A stretch of DNA of 64,000 nt, taken from Patescibacteria group bacterium. Its GTDB lineage: Bacteria > Patescibacteriota > Patescibacteriia > Magasanikbacterales > GWA2-37-8. Below are positions 29,759 through 39,017 of the stretch, in pieces. The position numbers were made by a program, and so were the translations under genes. Every line of letters begins with the position of its first letter. The first letter of the stretch is position 1. The notes under the pieces are model-generated. The model saw nothing but the letters and a program-made list of their open reading frames with translations. It did no database searches and was not told the origin of the DNA. The stretch covers positions 495,920 through 559,919 of the forward strand of contig JBAZUP010000001.1 in the NCBI GenBank assembly GCA_041661385.1, written 5' to 3'.

Positions 29759-31618
29759 ATGTTACTGAACTCAAAAACTGGCGGTACTGTGCTTTCACCT
29801 CCCCCGCCAAAGATCACCGCCGAAACCCAGAAACAATTTCAGGGTCGTCGCCGCTCTTACTCAACCGGAGGTAGGCAACAACAGCAAAAAAGTATCCGTC
29901 GAACGGATCCGCATGATCCGGCACCAGGATACGGCCCCGTAACTTTGCCAAATGGCAATCCAAAATTGCGCGTCATCGTGCTTGGCGGTCTTGAAGAAAT
30001 CGGACGCAACTGTACCGTCATTGAATATGGCAATGATATTATTCTCATTGACCTTGGTTTGCAATTTCCAGAAGAAGACATGCCCGGTATTGATTACATC
30101 ATTCCGAACATGGGTTATCTCAAGGGCAAAGAAAAGAATATCCGGGGTGTTATTATTACCCACGGCCACTACGACCATATCGGTGGCATCCCTCACTTGA
30201 TTCCCGATCTTGGCTACCCGCCAATTTATGGTTTACCAATCACTAACGCCATTATTAAAAAACGCCAAGAAGATTACAAAGGCGTGAAACCACTTAAAAT
30301 TCATAACGTTGGTATTGAAGACAAATTACAAATGGGAAAATTGCAAGTCGAATTCTTTCACTTGAACCACAATATCCCCGATGCAATGGGTCTCATTATT
30401 CATTCTCCAGAAGGAACAATAATTCATACTGGAGATTGGAAATTTGACTATGCACCAGTAGGTGAAGCCCCGGCCGACCTACAAAAAGTTGCCCGTATCG
30501 GCAGCGAAGGTGTCATGGCCTTACTCTCTGATTCGACAAACGCGAGCCAACCCGGTCACCAAGTTTCAGAAAGTGAAATCGGCGTAAACCTTGAAGACCT
30601 CATTGCCAAATCTCCAGGACGCATGATCATTGGAACTTTTTCCTCTTTACTATCTCGTGTTAAACAAATTATTGAAGTCTCGGAAAAAATGGGTAAGGTG
30701 GTAGCCCTGGGCGGATTTAGCATGAAAAGCAATGTAGAAATCGCCAAAGAACTTGGTTACATCAAGTGCAACCCAAAAACAATTGTCGATTTACGCCAAA
30801 TTGATAATTACCCTAACAATAAAGTTGTTATTATTTGTACCGGCGCTCAAGGCGAAAAAAACGCCACTCTAATGCGCATTGCAAATGGTGAACATCGTGA
30901 AGTTAAAATTATTGAAGGTGACACTGTCGTCTTTTCCTCGTCAGTAATTCCCGGTAACGAACGTACAGTTCAGCGTCTTAAAGATACCCTATTCCGCCGC
31001 GGCGCCGAAGTAATTCACTATGAAATGATGGACGTACACGCCGGTGGCCACGCCAAACAAGAAGATGTAAAACTCATGTTACGCCTCCTAAATCCAAAAT
31101 ACTTTGTACCAATCCATGGCAACCATTTCTTGCTCCGCTATAACGGCCGCATTGCAACCGGCATGGGCTTTCCAAAAGAAAATGTTTTTATTGCGGACAA
31201 TGGCCAAGTCATGGAATTCCAAAAAGGAGTTGGAACACTTACCAAACTAAAAGTTCCTTCTGATTATGTATTCGTTGACGGCCTTGGTGTGAGCGACGAA
31301 ACCAATGTCGTGCTCCGCGACCGACAAGTTCTCGCCGAAGACGGAATGGTAGTAGTTATCGCGACCGTCGACAGCAAAACTGGTAAATTAATTCAGAATC
31401 CGGACATTATCTCCCGCGGCTTTGTCTTTCTAAAAACTCATAAGGAACTAATCGAAGATCTGCGTCACCGAGTAAAAAAACTTATTATTGAATCAGATCC
31501 GCTGAACTGGGCCGACACCAACTATATCCGTAATAAAATTCGCGATTATGTTGGCCAATTCCTATTCACTAAAACCGAGAAACGTCCGATGATTCTGCCG
31601 GTCGTAATCGAAGTCTAA
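29759..31618 (+). CDS. rnj: Ribonuclease J (MBL / beta-CASP)
   Basis: LGGLEEIGRNCTV, ITHGHYDHIGG, beta-CASP region. N-terminal roughly 70 aa is a low-complexity extension, so the start is uncertain. Confidence 0.85.
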   Translation: MLLNSKTGGTVLSPPPPKITAETQKQFQGRRRSYSTGGRQQQQKSIRRTDPHDPAPGYGPVTLPNGNPKLRVIVLGGLEEIGRNCTVIEYGNDIILIDLGLQFPEEDMPGIDYIIPNMGYLKGKEKNIRGVIITHGHYDHIGGIPHLIPDLGYPPIYGLPITNAIIKKRQEDYKGVKPLKIHNVGIEDKLQMGKLQVEFFHLNHNIPDAMGLIIHSPEGTIIHTGDWKFDYAPVGEAPADLQKVARIGSEGVMALLSDSTNASQPGHQVSESEIGVNLEDLIAKSPGRMIIGTFSSLLSRVKQIIEVSEKMGKVVALGGFSMKSNVEIAKELGYIKCNPKTIVDLRQIDNYPNNKVVIICTGAQGEKNATLMRIANGEHREVKIIEGDTVVFSSSVIPGNERTVQRLKDTLFRRGAEVIHYEMMDVHAGGHAKQEDVKLMLRLLNPKYFVPIHGNHFLLRYNGRIATGMGFPKENVFIADNGQVMEFQKGVGTLTKLKVPSDYVFVDGLGVSDETNVVLRDRQVLAEDGMVVVIATVDSKTGKLIQNPDIISRGFVFLKTHKELIEDLRHRVKKLIIESDPLNWADTNYIRNKIRDYVGQFLFTKTEKRPMILPVVIEV

Positions 31619-31624
31619 AAAATT

Positions 31625-31660
31625 TAAAACCACTCCGGTAGTACTTGGGTGGTTTTTTAA
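31625..31660 (+). terminator. Rho-independent terminator after rnj
   Basis: aaaaccactccggtagtacttgggtggtttttt. Confidence 0.6.
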
Positions 31661-31708
31661 TTGTTTTTGATATATAATGATATAATTATATATCTATTAC
31701 GATTATTT

Positions 31709-32716
31709 ATGTCTAAAAAGAGCGCAATTACTTTTTACGGAATTTGGCCGGAAATGAAAGAATACGTTGAAAAGAAAATGAAGAAATTTTCCTGTGAAAT
31801 TTTAAGTGAAAAATTATTACCGGAAAACGTCCAGCCTGATACAGAAATTTTGGCTTCATTTGTTGAGTCACCAATTAATAAAGCCGTTCTTGATAAAATG
31901 ATAAATTTAAAATTAATCGCAACCCTTAGCACTGGTTATGATCATATTGATCTTAAAGAATGTAAAAAACGAGGCATCATTGTAGAAAATGTACCGACCT
32001 ATGGTGAAAATACCGTTGCCGAACAAAGCATGGCACTACTGCTTGGCCTGACTAGAAAACTTTTTCGCTCTGTAAAAAGAGTAAAAGAAGGACGTTACGA
32101 TTTTCATGGTCTCAGAGGAGTTGATCTTGCTGGTAAAACCGTGGGTATAATCGGCACCGGGCACATTGGCGCTCATTTTATTAAAATGATCAGCGGTTTT
32201 GATGTTAAAATAATTGCTTACGATAAATTCAAAAATAAAGATTTGATAAAAAAATATGGCATAAAATATTTACCGCTAAATTCTCTACTGAAAAAAAGCG
32301 ACATTATAAGTCTCCATACTCCGCTACTTCCTAGTACATTTCACCTGATCAACAAAACCAATATTAAACTCACAAAACCGGGCGCATTTTTAATTAACAC
32401 CGCCCGTGGCGCTCTCATTGAAACAGAGGCCATTGTTTGGGCACTCCAAAACGAACACCTGGCCGGTGTTGGGCTTGATGTTCTTGAAGACGAAAACTTA
32501 ATTCAGAATTTTGAACGAGTGATCGGCAATGACCAGAAACAAATCAAGACTACTCTTCTCAACGAAATGATTATTAACCACCCCAATGCCATAGTTACAC
32601 CGCACAACGCCTTCAATAGCACTGAGGCGTTACAGCGGATTATTGATGTAACAATTGATAATATTCAAAAATTTGGCGCCGGCAAAATTCAAAACGAAGT
32701 AAAGATTTTAAAATAG
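31709..32716 (+). CDS. D-isomer-specific 2-hydroxyacid dehydrogenase (LdhA/PdxB-like)
   Basis: GKTVGIIGTGHIGAHF Rossmann motif; catalytic R/E/H region (NTARGALIE...TPHNA). ATG 31709 preferred over TTG 31661. Confidence 0.8.
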   Translation: MSKKSAITFYGIWPEMKEYVEKKMKKFSCEILSEKLLPENVQPDTEILASFVESPINKAVLDKMINLKLIATLSTGYDHIDLKECKKRGIIVENVPTYGENTVAEQSMALLLGLTRKLFRSVKRVKEGRYDFHGLRGVDLAGKTVGIIGTGHIGAHFIKMISGFDVKIIAYDKFKNKDLIKKYGIKYLPLNSLLKKSDIISLHTPLLPSTFHLINKTNIKLTKPGAFLINTARGALIETEAIVWALQNEHLAGVGLDVLEDENLIQNFERVIGNDQKQIKTTLLNEMIINHPNAIVTPHNAFNSTEALQRIIDVTIDNIQKFGAGKIQNEVKILK

Positions 32717-32796
32717 GCCCTTCGGGCATATAATCGTCGCTCGCTCGTAAATGAATAAATTCATTTCACTCACTTTGCTAGATTATAAACATAAAT

Positions 32797-32824
32797 CAAA
32801 AACCCGCCTTGCGGCGGGTTTTTT
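32797..32824. terminator. Bidirectional terminator; 3' end of rnpB on the minus strand
   Basis: aaaaacccgccttgcggcgggtttttt. Confidence 0.75.
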
Positions 32825-32825
32825 A

Positions 32826-33217
32826 GTCTAAAGTTATAAGCCGAATTCTGTCAAGCCTCCCTTTCGGAAGACAGGGATAATCATTTATCTGGGATGGTTG
32901 TTACCAACCACCTCTAGCGAGCGAACTTTTCGAATCCGTTTTACCGGAAACGCTGCTCTTGCATCAGGTAGGGTTTAGCACACTCGTAAATCGCTTTACA
33001 AGGAGTATAGTGGCTTTGATCTAGAACCAAAACCTCCATACACTTTTCACCTTTCATCCCGACTAAATCGGAACTAGTATTGTCTCTGTGCCACTTTCCC
33101 GACTGCCGTATCACTACGGGAGTGGTGGGCGTTACCCACTACCACTTTCCGCCTTGCGACGGAGATGTTCGGACTTTCCTCCCCATGCGAAGCATGGAGC
33201 GATTATCTACTTTAGAC
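32826..33217 (-). ncRNA. rnpB: RNase P RNA
   Basis: Minus-strand motifs: GGAAAGUCCGAAC (P4 5' strand), GAAAGUGGCACAGAGACAA, ACAGAAUUCGGCUUAU (P4 3' strand). P1 pairs gucuaaagu (5') with acuuuagac (3'). Confidence 0.85.
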
Positions 33218-33224
33218 GGTAAAT

Positions 33225-33253
33225 ATTATAACATAAAAACTTGTTTTTGTCAA
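33225..33253 (-). promoter_or_regulatory. Consensus sigma70 promoter for rnpB
   Basis: Minus strand reads TTGACA, 17 nt, TATAAT. Transcript 5' end lies about 7 nt downstream at the P1 helix. Confidence 0.7.
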
Positions 33254-33287
33254 TCCGGCGCTGATGCAAATATTTTTAAAAAAGAAA

Positions 33288-33309
33288 GCCAGCCGACGGT
33301 GCGGCTGGC
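33288..33309 (-). terminator. Terminator for the 33336-34502 gene
   Basis: gccagccg/acggtg/cggctggc followed on the minus strand by a T-run. Confidence 0.65.
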
Positions 33310-33335
33310 GATCCTTTGATAATTATTACCTATAC

Positions 33336-34502
33336 CTATTGCTCACGGGCGTTTTTCCAGACTCCTGAGTCTGTGACACTTGCACTTTTGACTTGTTTTA
33401 CATAGTCGGAAGTACTCATGTTCACATCCCTTGAATTCTGGGCTTTGGCCTGGGAGAGCGGCCTCCCCGAATGCCAGACGGAAATCACATCGTCGGGGTT
33501 GTGCTTATAGGTTTGAAGCAGTTTCCGAATCTGGAACAACGCAACTTTTCGGTAGACGTCCGGCTCACGAATGAGCAATTCCGGCGTATACCGAATTCCG
33601 GTCGCTTCTTCAGACCACTGAGGGATATTTTCTCCCATGATTTGAGCCATTCCATAGGCTCTATCATAGGGGACTCCCTTCACCACCTTGATCCAAGGAT
33701 TGTAGGGTCCTGGCTTGTTAACCAAGATCATTGTGGGTTTGCCCCACACGTTTTTCTTTTGAACCCAGACCTTCATCTGAACCCATGGACCATAGGCCTT
33801 TATGCGACCCGAACTTTCACGAACCGTGAGTTGCTCCAAAAGAAGCAAAGCTTCAACATCGTCACGATTCAAGTGCGCAACAGCATCCTTTACGATCCCT
33901 TCCCGATCCTTTCCGCCGGATTTCTCCAGCTTCTGTTGAACCAGGTCAAGCTCGTCAACGAGAGCGGTCTTTTCACTGCGCTCCTTTTGCGCCTCGTTTT
34001 CGGCCTTCGTCTTGGCCTTACTCAGATCCAAGATCACTCTTTGCTGAGCGATGTTGTCAGCTTTCATCTTCTTGAAGATCGGGGCATCCTGTGCAATCAC
34101 GAGGCCTGCTTCCTTGATGGTTGCAGTAACCTCTTGACGAATCGATGCGGCGAGCTCCGGAGAGATCTTCGCGTCAATCGGCACAATCACGTTCTGTGAG
34201 GAGTTCTCGCGAACGACCTTGCCGATATCGGCCAGAAAATCATTCTTGAGTTCCTTGAAGTCCGTGATGGAAGGAATTTTCCTTCCGATTATGAAGGCGG
34301 CAACGAGACCAGCGACCAGAGCGATTCCGAAAAAGTGCGCATAGGCCTTGAAAAAGCTCTTGCGAGCCGGCGTAAAGTACCTCTTTGGGACTCGGTTGAT
34401 CGGCCGAGCAAGCTTTCTGGCTTCACTAACCACGATGGGTTGTTCCGGTTGGGAACTTGCGTTCACCACACGAAGAAAATTTCGAGCCGGGAGTTGGTCC
34501 AC
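33336..34502 (-). CDS. Membrane-anchored protein with a C-terminal muramidase/lytic-transglycosylase-like domain; GC-rich, GTG start
   Basis: GTG start at 34500-34502 preceded by AAGGAGG. One TM (FFGIALVAGLVAAFIIG), a coiled-coil, C-terminal RAYGMAQIMGEN motif. Codon usage favours AAG/CTG, unlike neighbouring genes. Confidence 0.45.
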   Translation of the reverse strand: MDQLPARNFLRVVNASSQPEQPIVVSEARKLARPINRVPKRYFTPARKSFFKAYAHFFGIALVAGLVAAFIIGRKIPSITDFKELKNDFLADIGKVVRENSSQNVIVPIDAKISPELAASIRQEVTATIKEAGLVIAQDAPIFKKMKADNIAQQRVILDLSKAKTKAENEAQKERSEKTALVDELDLVQQKLEKSGGKDREGIVKDAVAHLNRDDVEALLLLEQLTVRESSGRIKAYGPWVQMKVWVQKKNVWGKPTMILVNKPGPYNPWIKVVKGVPYDRAYGMAQIMGENIPQWSEEATGIRYTPELLIREPDVYRKVALFQIRKLLQTYKHNPDDVISVWHSGRPLSQAKAQNSRDVNMSTSDYVKQVKSASVTDSGVWKNAREQ

Positions 34503-34748
34503 TTTGTCCTCCTTGGGACAGGTTGGGCAGCCCCCCGGCTTTTAGGCGAAAGGCTGGCGCTAGGTAATATTTCAAAGGACATTGTTTAAAACAACTACAA
34601 CTAATATAGCATGTCGTAAACGTAATATAATACCTTAAATTGGCCATTTTGTCAAGGCTTTATTTTACCCAATTTGTTGACTTTGGCCTATTTTTAGCAT
34701 AAAATATGGCTATTAAGCCATTTTATCCAAAACCCATACCGTCATAAT

Positions 34749-36167
34749 ATGAAACGTTTTGAGCTAGTTTTCGCTTTTATTCAACTACCTTTGGATTTAG
34801 TTCTTATTTTGCTTGCCGGAGCCTCAGCCTACTCTTTACGCTATGCAAGTTTCATTACTGAAATTCGGCCAATTCTTTTTAATCTTTCTTGGGATAAATT
34901 TTTTCCCGCCCTACTTCTTACTGCTTTCGGCTGGATTATTATTTACGCGCTTTCCGGCCTCTATACTACTAACCCAAATCGTAAACTAGCCTCCGACCTC
35001 ATGAGAGTAATTTCTGCTAGTTCGTCTGGCTTCGCTGCTATTACCATTTACGTTTTTTTTACCTTACAAAAATTTGATTCGCGTTTTTTGGTTCTGGCTG
35101 GTTGGATTATTGCCATGATTTATGTAATTATCGGACGCATTGCCATGCGCGGCATCAAAGGCCTTCTTTATCGCAAAGGTATCGGCCTGCGCTCCACAAT
35201 AATTATCGGATCAGACACCGTAGCAAACCTGATTAAATCCACCCTCAACAATGAACCACAATTTGGTTTTAAAATAATCGCTAGTTTCAATAAATTTGGC
35301 AAAGAAGAAGAGGATCAAATATTAAAATTAAACCCCGACGAAATAATTTTCAGCCACGCTCGCGGCAGTGAAAGCGAAGCGATCCAAGCGATTGGCTTTG
35401 CCAATCGCCACCATATCGCGTTTAAATATTCCGCTGACCTGTTTGAAACAATTTCCAGTAACATGACTATTTCAACCATTGGCGGCATACCGCTCGTCGA
35501 GCTCGGCCGAACTAGCCTCGCGGGCTGGGGTCGAATGGTTAAAAGATTTACCGACATTTTTTTAGGAATATTTTTCTTAATTTTATTCTCGCCTTTTTTT
35601 CTAATCATTTCAATCATTATTTACTTTGAAACCGGTTCGCCAATAATTTATAAAAATGAAAGAGTCGGACAAAAAAACAAGAAATTCTACACTTTAAAAT
35701 TTCGAACCATGTACCAGAATGTTTCGACCGGCGAGCAATTTGGAAAATCTGGTGAAAAAGCGCTCGAGCTTGAAAAAGAATTAATCAACAACAATGGCAT
35801 AAAAAATGGACCGGTTTATAAAATAAAAAACGACCCGCGCGTAACCAAGTTTGGACATTTTTTGCGCCGGTTTAGTCTTGATGAATTACCGCAATTTTGG
35901 AATATTGTCCGTGGCGATATGAGCCTGGTCGGTCCGAGACCTCATCAACCTCGCGAAGTTGAAAAATACGCGAACGAACATTCAGTTTTATTTGCAATCA
36001 AACCCGGCCTCACCGGACTTGCTCAAATTTCCGGACGCAGTCATCTTACCTTTGAAGAAGAAGCAAAACTCGATACTTTTTACGTAGAGAATTGGCAACC
36101 TTATCTTGATTTTATTATTTTAATAAAAACCCCATTTATTGTGCTTTGGGGTAAGGGCGCATTATAA
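34749..36167 (+). CDS. Polyprenyl-phosphate sugar phosphotransferase (WbaP / bacterial sugar transferase family)
   Basis: Multi-TM N-terminus. C-terminal [23 protein letters not shown] signature. Confidence 0.85.
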   Translation: MKRFELVFAFIQLPLDLVLILLAGASAYSLRYASFITEIRPILFNLSWDKFFPALLLTAFGWIIIYALSGLYTTNPNRKLASDLMRVISASSSGFAAITIYVFFTLQKFDSRFLVLAGWIIAMIYVIIGRIAMRGIKGLLYRKGIGLRSTIIIGSDTVANLIKSTLNNEPQFGFKIIASFNKFGKEEEDQILKLNPDEIIFSHARGSESEAIQAIGFANRHHIAFKYSADLFETISSNMTISTIGGIPLVELGRTSLAGWGRMVKRFTDIFLGIFFLILFSPFFLIISIIIYFETGSPIIYKNERVGQKNKKFYTLKFRTMYQNVSTGEQFGKSGEKALELEKELINNNGIKNGPVYKIKNDPRVTKFGHFLRRFSLDELPQFWNIVRGDMSLVGPRPHQPREVEKYANEHSVLFAIKPGLTGLAQISGRSHLTFEEEAKLDTFYVENWQPYLDFIILIKTPFIVLWGKGAL

Positions 36168-36170
36168 CAC

Positions 36171-37295
36171 ATGAAAATAGCATTGGTTCACGATTACTTG
36201 GCGCAAGATGGTGGCGCCGAACGAGTTCTAAAAGCCTTCCATGAAATTTGGCCTGAGGCGCCGATTTTTGTTTTATTTCATGATCAGGAAAAAATCACCG
36301 GCTTTAATGAAGAAAATATCCGTGAATCATTTTTATCTAAATTTCCATTTGTCCGCTCAAATTTTCAGTGGTACCTGCCGCTTATGCCCGGAGCAACCGA
36401 AAGACATAACTTAGAAAATTTTGACGTCGTGCTTTCTTCCAGCAGCGCTTTTGCGAAAGGTGTAATTACTTCCCCAGCTACTTTACACATTTCATATTGC
36501 CACACTCCGGCGCGATATCTTTGGAGCGACACTCACAACTATATTGCCGATCTACCTTACAACAAATTAGTAAAAATGTTTTTACCACGGCTTATTTCGC
36601 GCTTACGCCTCTGGGACAAAATGAGCGCCGATCGAGTGGATCACTTTATCGCCAATTCACAAACCGTTCAGTATCGTATTCAAAAATATTATCGTCGTGA
36701 AAGCGACATCATTCATCCGCCAGTAGATTTTAAAAGATTTAGCACCGCAAAAACTTTAGGTAATTATTTTATCGCCGGTGGCCGCCTCGTGCCCTATAAA
36801 AATTTCGATCTGCTCATCCGTACTTTTAACCGCATAGGGAGACCGCTAAAAATTTTTGGTTTAGGACCGGAATTTGATCGTCTTAAAAAGATTGCCAAAC
36901 CCAACATAGAATTTTTGGGCCGAATAACAGATGAACAAAAAGCGGACTTGCTTGCTGGTGCACTTGCCTTTGTTCATCCACAAATCGAGGATTTTGGCAT
37001 TACTCCGCTCGAGGCCATGGCAAGTGGCCGGCCGGTCATTGCCTATGCTTCCGGTGGCGCAACTGAAACTGTCATACCAAATGAAACCGGAATATTTTTT
37101 AGTGAACAAAGCTGGGAATCGCTTTTTGAGGCAATAACACATTTCGATCAAAATCTCTGGGATAGCGAAAAGATACGCGACCATGCCGCCAAATTTCGTA
37201 CTGAAAATTTTAAATCTACCGTTGAAAATTACGTAAACAGCCGTTTTGAGGAATTTCAAAAGGGACTTCGCCAGCCAGCCCTGCTACAACTATAA
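36171..37295 (+). CDS. GT4-family glycosyltransferase
   Basis: EDFGITPLEAMASGRPVIA (EX7E motif). Confidence 0.8.
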   Translation: MKIALVHDYLAQDGGAERVLKAFHEIWPEAPIFVLFHDQEKITGFNEENIRESFLSKFPFVRSNFQWYLPLMPGATERHNLENFDVVLSSSSAFAKGVITSPATLHISYCHTPARYLWSDTHNYIADLPYNKLVKMFLPRLISRLRLWDKMSADRVDHFIANSQTVQYRIQKYYRRESDIIHPPVDFKRFSTAKTLGNYFIAGGRLVPYKNFDLLIRTFNRIGRPLKIFGLGPEFDRLKKIAKPNIEFLGRITDEQKADLLAGALAFVHPQIEDFGITPLEAMASGRPVIAYASGGATETVIPNETGIFFSEQSWESLFEAITHFDQNLWDSEKIRDHAAKFRTENFKSTVENYVNSRFEEFQKGLRQPALLQL

Positions 37296-37343
37296 ACTAT
37301 ATATGGGCTTCGCCACATATATTCTCATTCATTCATTTCGAAT

Positions 37344-38477
37344 ATGAACATCGGCGTGGACTTACGTTGTTTGCAGTCGCCCTACCGCACGGGTGTTGGC
37401 GAATACGCCTTTGAACTTATTACCGCCATCCTAAAAACTGACCGACAAAATCAATATTTTTTGTTTTATAATTCGCTTTTTACTCCAACCTTGCCGGAAT
37501 TTAATTTTCCAAATGTAACGATAGCTAAATTTTCTTTCCCAAACAAACTTCTTAATTTATCATCACTTTTTTTTAAATATCCTAAAATTGACCTGCTAAT
37601 TAGAAATAAATTTAAACTTTCAAAACTTGATTACTTTTTTTCTCCCAATCTAAATTTCACTTCACTCTCATCAGAAACCAAACACCTGCTTACTATTCAC
37701 GACCTGACCTTCGAACTGTTTCCAAATTATCTTACTGCAAAACAACTAATTTGGCATCGTCTCGCCAATACTCGCCGACAATGCGAAGAAGCTAAAATTA
37801 TATTTACTCCCTCGAGTAATACTAAACGTGATTTAATAGAATATTTTAATTTACCCGCTGAAAAAGTAAAGACTATTTACCCGGGTTTATCTTCTGTTTT
37901 CCAAAAAACCAATACTTCTGAAATTGTAAAGAAAAATAATTTACCCGAAAAATTTATTTTATTTTTAGGAACTTTAGAACCGCGAAAAAATATTACCTCA
38001 ATTATTCGCGCCTTTGAAATGTCGCAAAATAGCTTATCGGATAAATATGATTTGGTCATTGCCGGCGCGCCCGGCTGGAAAAATAGTAAAATTAAAATGC
38101 TTTCGCAAAAAAGTATTTTAAAAAACCGCATTCATTTTGTTGGCTATATAAATGATTCAGATAAACCTGAACTATATAAAAAATCTGCATTATTTATTTA
38201 TCCCAGTTTTTATGAGGGTTTTGGTTTTCCGGTTCTTGAAGCGATGGCGTCGGGGGTTCCCGTAATTACTTCCAACCGTTCTTCATTGCCAGAAATTACC
38301 GACGGGGCGGCACACCTCGTGAACCCGCACCGCATAGATGAAATAACTAACGGGATTATAAAAATTCTGAGTAACCAAGAATACCGGAATGAAATGATAA
38401 AAAATGGCCTTGAAAGATCAAAAGTTTTCCATAATGAAAAAGCGGCTCGGGAATGGCTTTCAGTAATTTTAGCTTAG
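37344..38477 (+). CDS. GT4-family glycosyltransferase
   Basis: EGFGFPVLEAMASGVPVITS. Confidence 0.8.
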   Translation: MNIGVDLRCLQSPYRTGVGEYAFELITAILKTDRQNQYFLFYNSLFTPTLPEFNFPNVTIAKFSFPNKLLNLSSLFFKYPKIDLLIRNKFKLSKLDYFFSPNLNFTSLSSETKHLLTIHDLTFELFPNYLTAKQLIWHRLANTRRQCEEAKIIFTPSSNTKRDLIEYFNLPAEKVKTIYPGLSSVFQKTNTSEIVKKNNLPEKFILFLGTLEPRKNITSIIRAFEMSQNSLSDKYDLVIAGAPGWKNSKIKMLSQKSILKNRIHFVGYINDSDKPELYKKSALFIYPSFYEGFGFPVLEAMASGVPVITSNRSSLPEITDGAAHLVNPHRIDEITNGIIKILSNQEYRNEMIKNGLERSKVFHNEKAAREWLSVILA

Positions 38478-38519
38478 CCATTTTTATCGCTTATCTAAGC
38501 AGTTTTTTAGTTGACTATC

Positions 38520-38548
38520 TTGACAAAACGCTTAAAAAGATGTATAAT
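38520..38548 (+). promoter_or_regulatory. Perfect consensus sigma70 promoter
   Basis: TTGACA, 17 nt (aaacgcttaaaaagatg), TATAAT. Confidence 0.7.
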
Positions 38549-38570
38549 TCTTTGTTGTGCGAATGATTTT

Positions 38571-38611
38571 CGCGACGCTTTAATTCGGAAATATTCTGGA
38601 TTAAAGCGTCG
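38571..38611 (+). promoter_or_regulatory. 13-bp perfect stem-loop in the 5' leader of the 38643 gene
   Basis: gcgacgctttaat/tcggaaatattctgg/attaaagcgtcgc. Confidence 0.6.
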
Positions 38612-38642
38612 CAGAAAATCTCAACAACTAACAGGAGAAGTC

Positions 38643-38966
38643 ATGACCAAAAAGAAGGACGAAGGCAAGATTGCGGCACTCAAGGAAAAGATTCAGGCCA
38701 ACAAGGAAAAGCTGGCGCACAAGCGCCGGCTACAAGAACGCAATCTGATCTACGTGTCACAGTTCGGAAACCTCGAGGTCATGGCGACCCTTGCAGGCCA
38801 CTTGGTTCTTCGGAACAAGGTCGGCGGGTCGGAAATTACGATTCGTCTTCGAGGCAGCGTCTTCATAGTGAAGACACCGCGCGGCACGCTTCAGGTCGAC
38901 AAGATGTGGTTCAGAATCACAAACGATCTAGAAGACAGCGACGAGTCCGAAAGTCCCACCACGTAA
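38643..38966 (+). CDS. Small GC-rich hypothetical protein, 107 aa
   Basis: AGGAGA Shine-Dalgarno 5 nt before ATG 38643. AAG- and GC3-rich codons unlike the host genes. The track's 38511 start is a TTG lying inside the -35 box. Terminator follows. Confidence 0.55.
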   Translation: MTKKKDEGKIAALKEKIQANKEKLAHKRRLQERNLIYVSQFGNLEVMATLAGHLVLRNKVGGSEITIRLRGSVFIVKTPRGTLQVDKMWFRITNDLEDSDESESPTT

Positions 38967-38967
38967 A

Positions 38968-39003
38968 AAAAGCCGTCTCGCTACACGCGGGACGGCTTTC
39001 ACA
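38968..39003 (+). terminator. Rho-independent terminator
   Basis: aaaaaaagccgtctcgctacacgcgggacggctttc. Confidence 0.6.
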
Positions 39004-39017
39004 TTTATATAGGAATT

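Noticed and set aside
32760-32830. Roughly 26-codon ORF (MNKFISLTLLDYKHKSKTRLAAGFLV) overlapping the orphan leader module and terminator
   Set aside because: It reads through the terminator stem, has no Shine-Dalgarno, and looks like a by-product of the motif plus terminator sequence.
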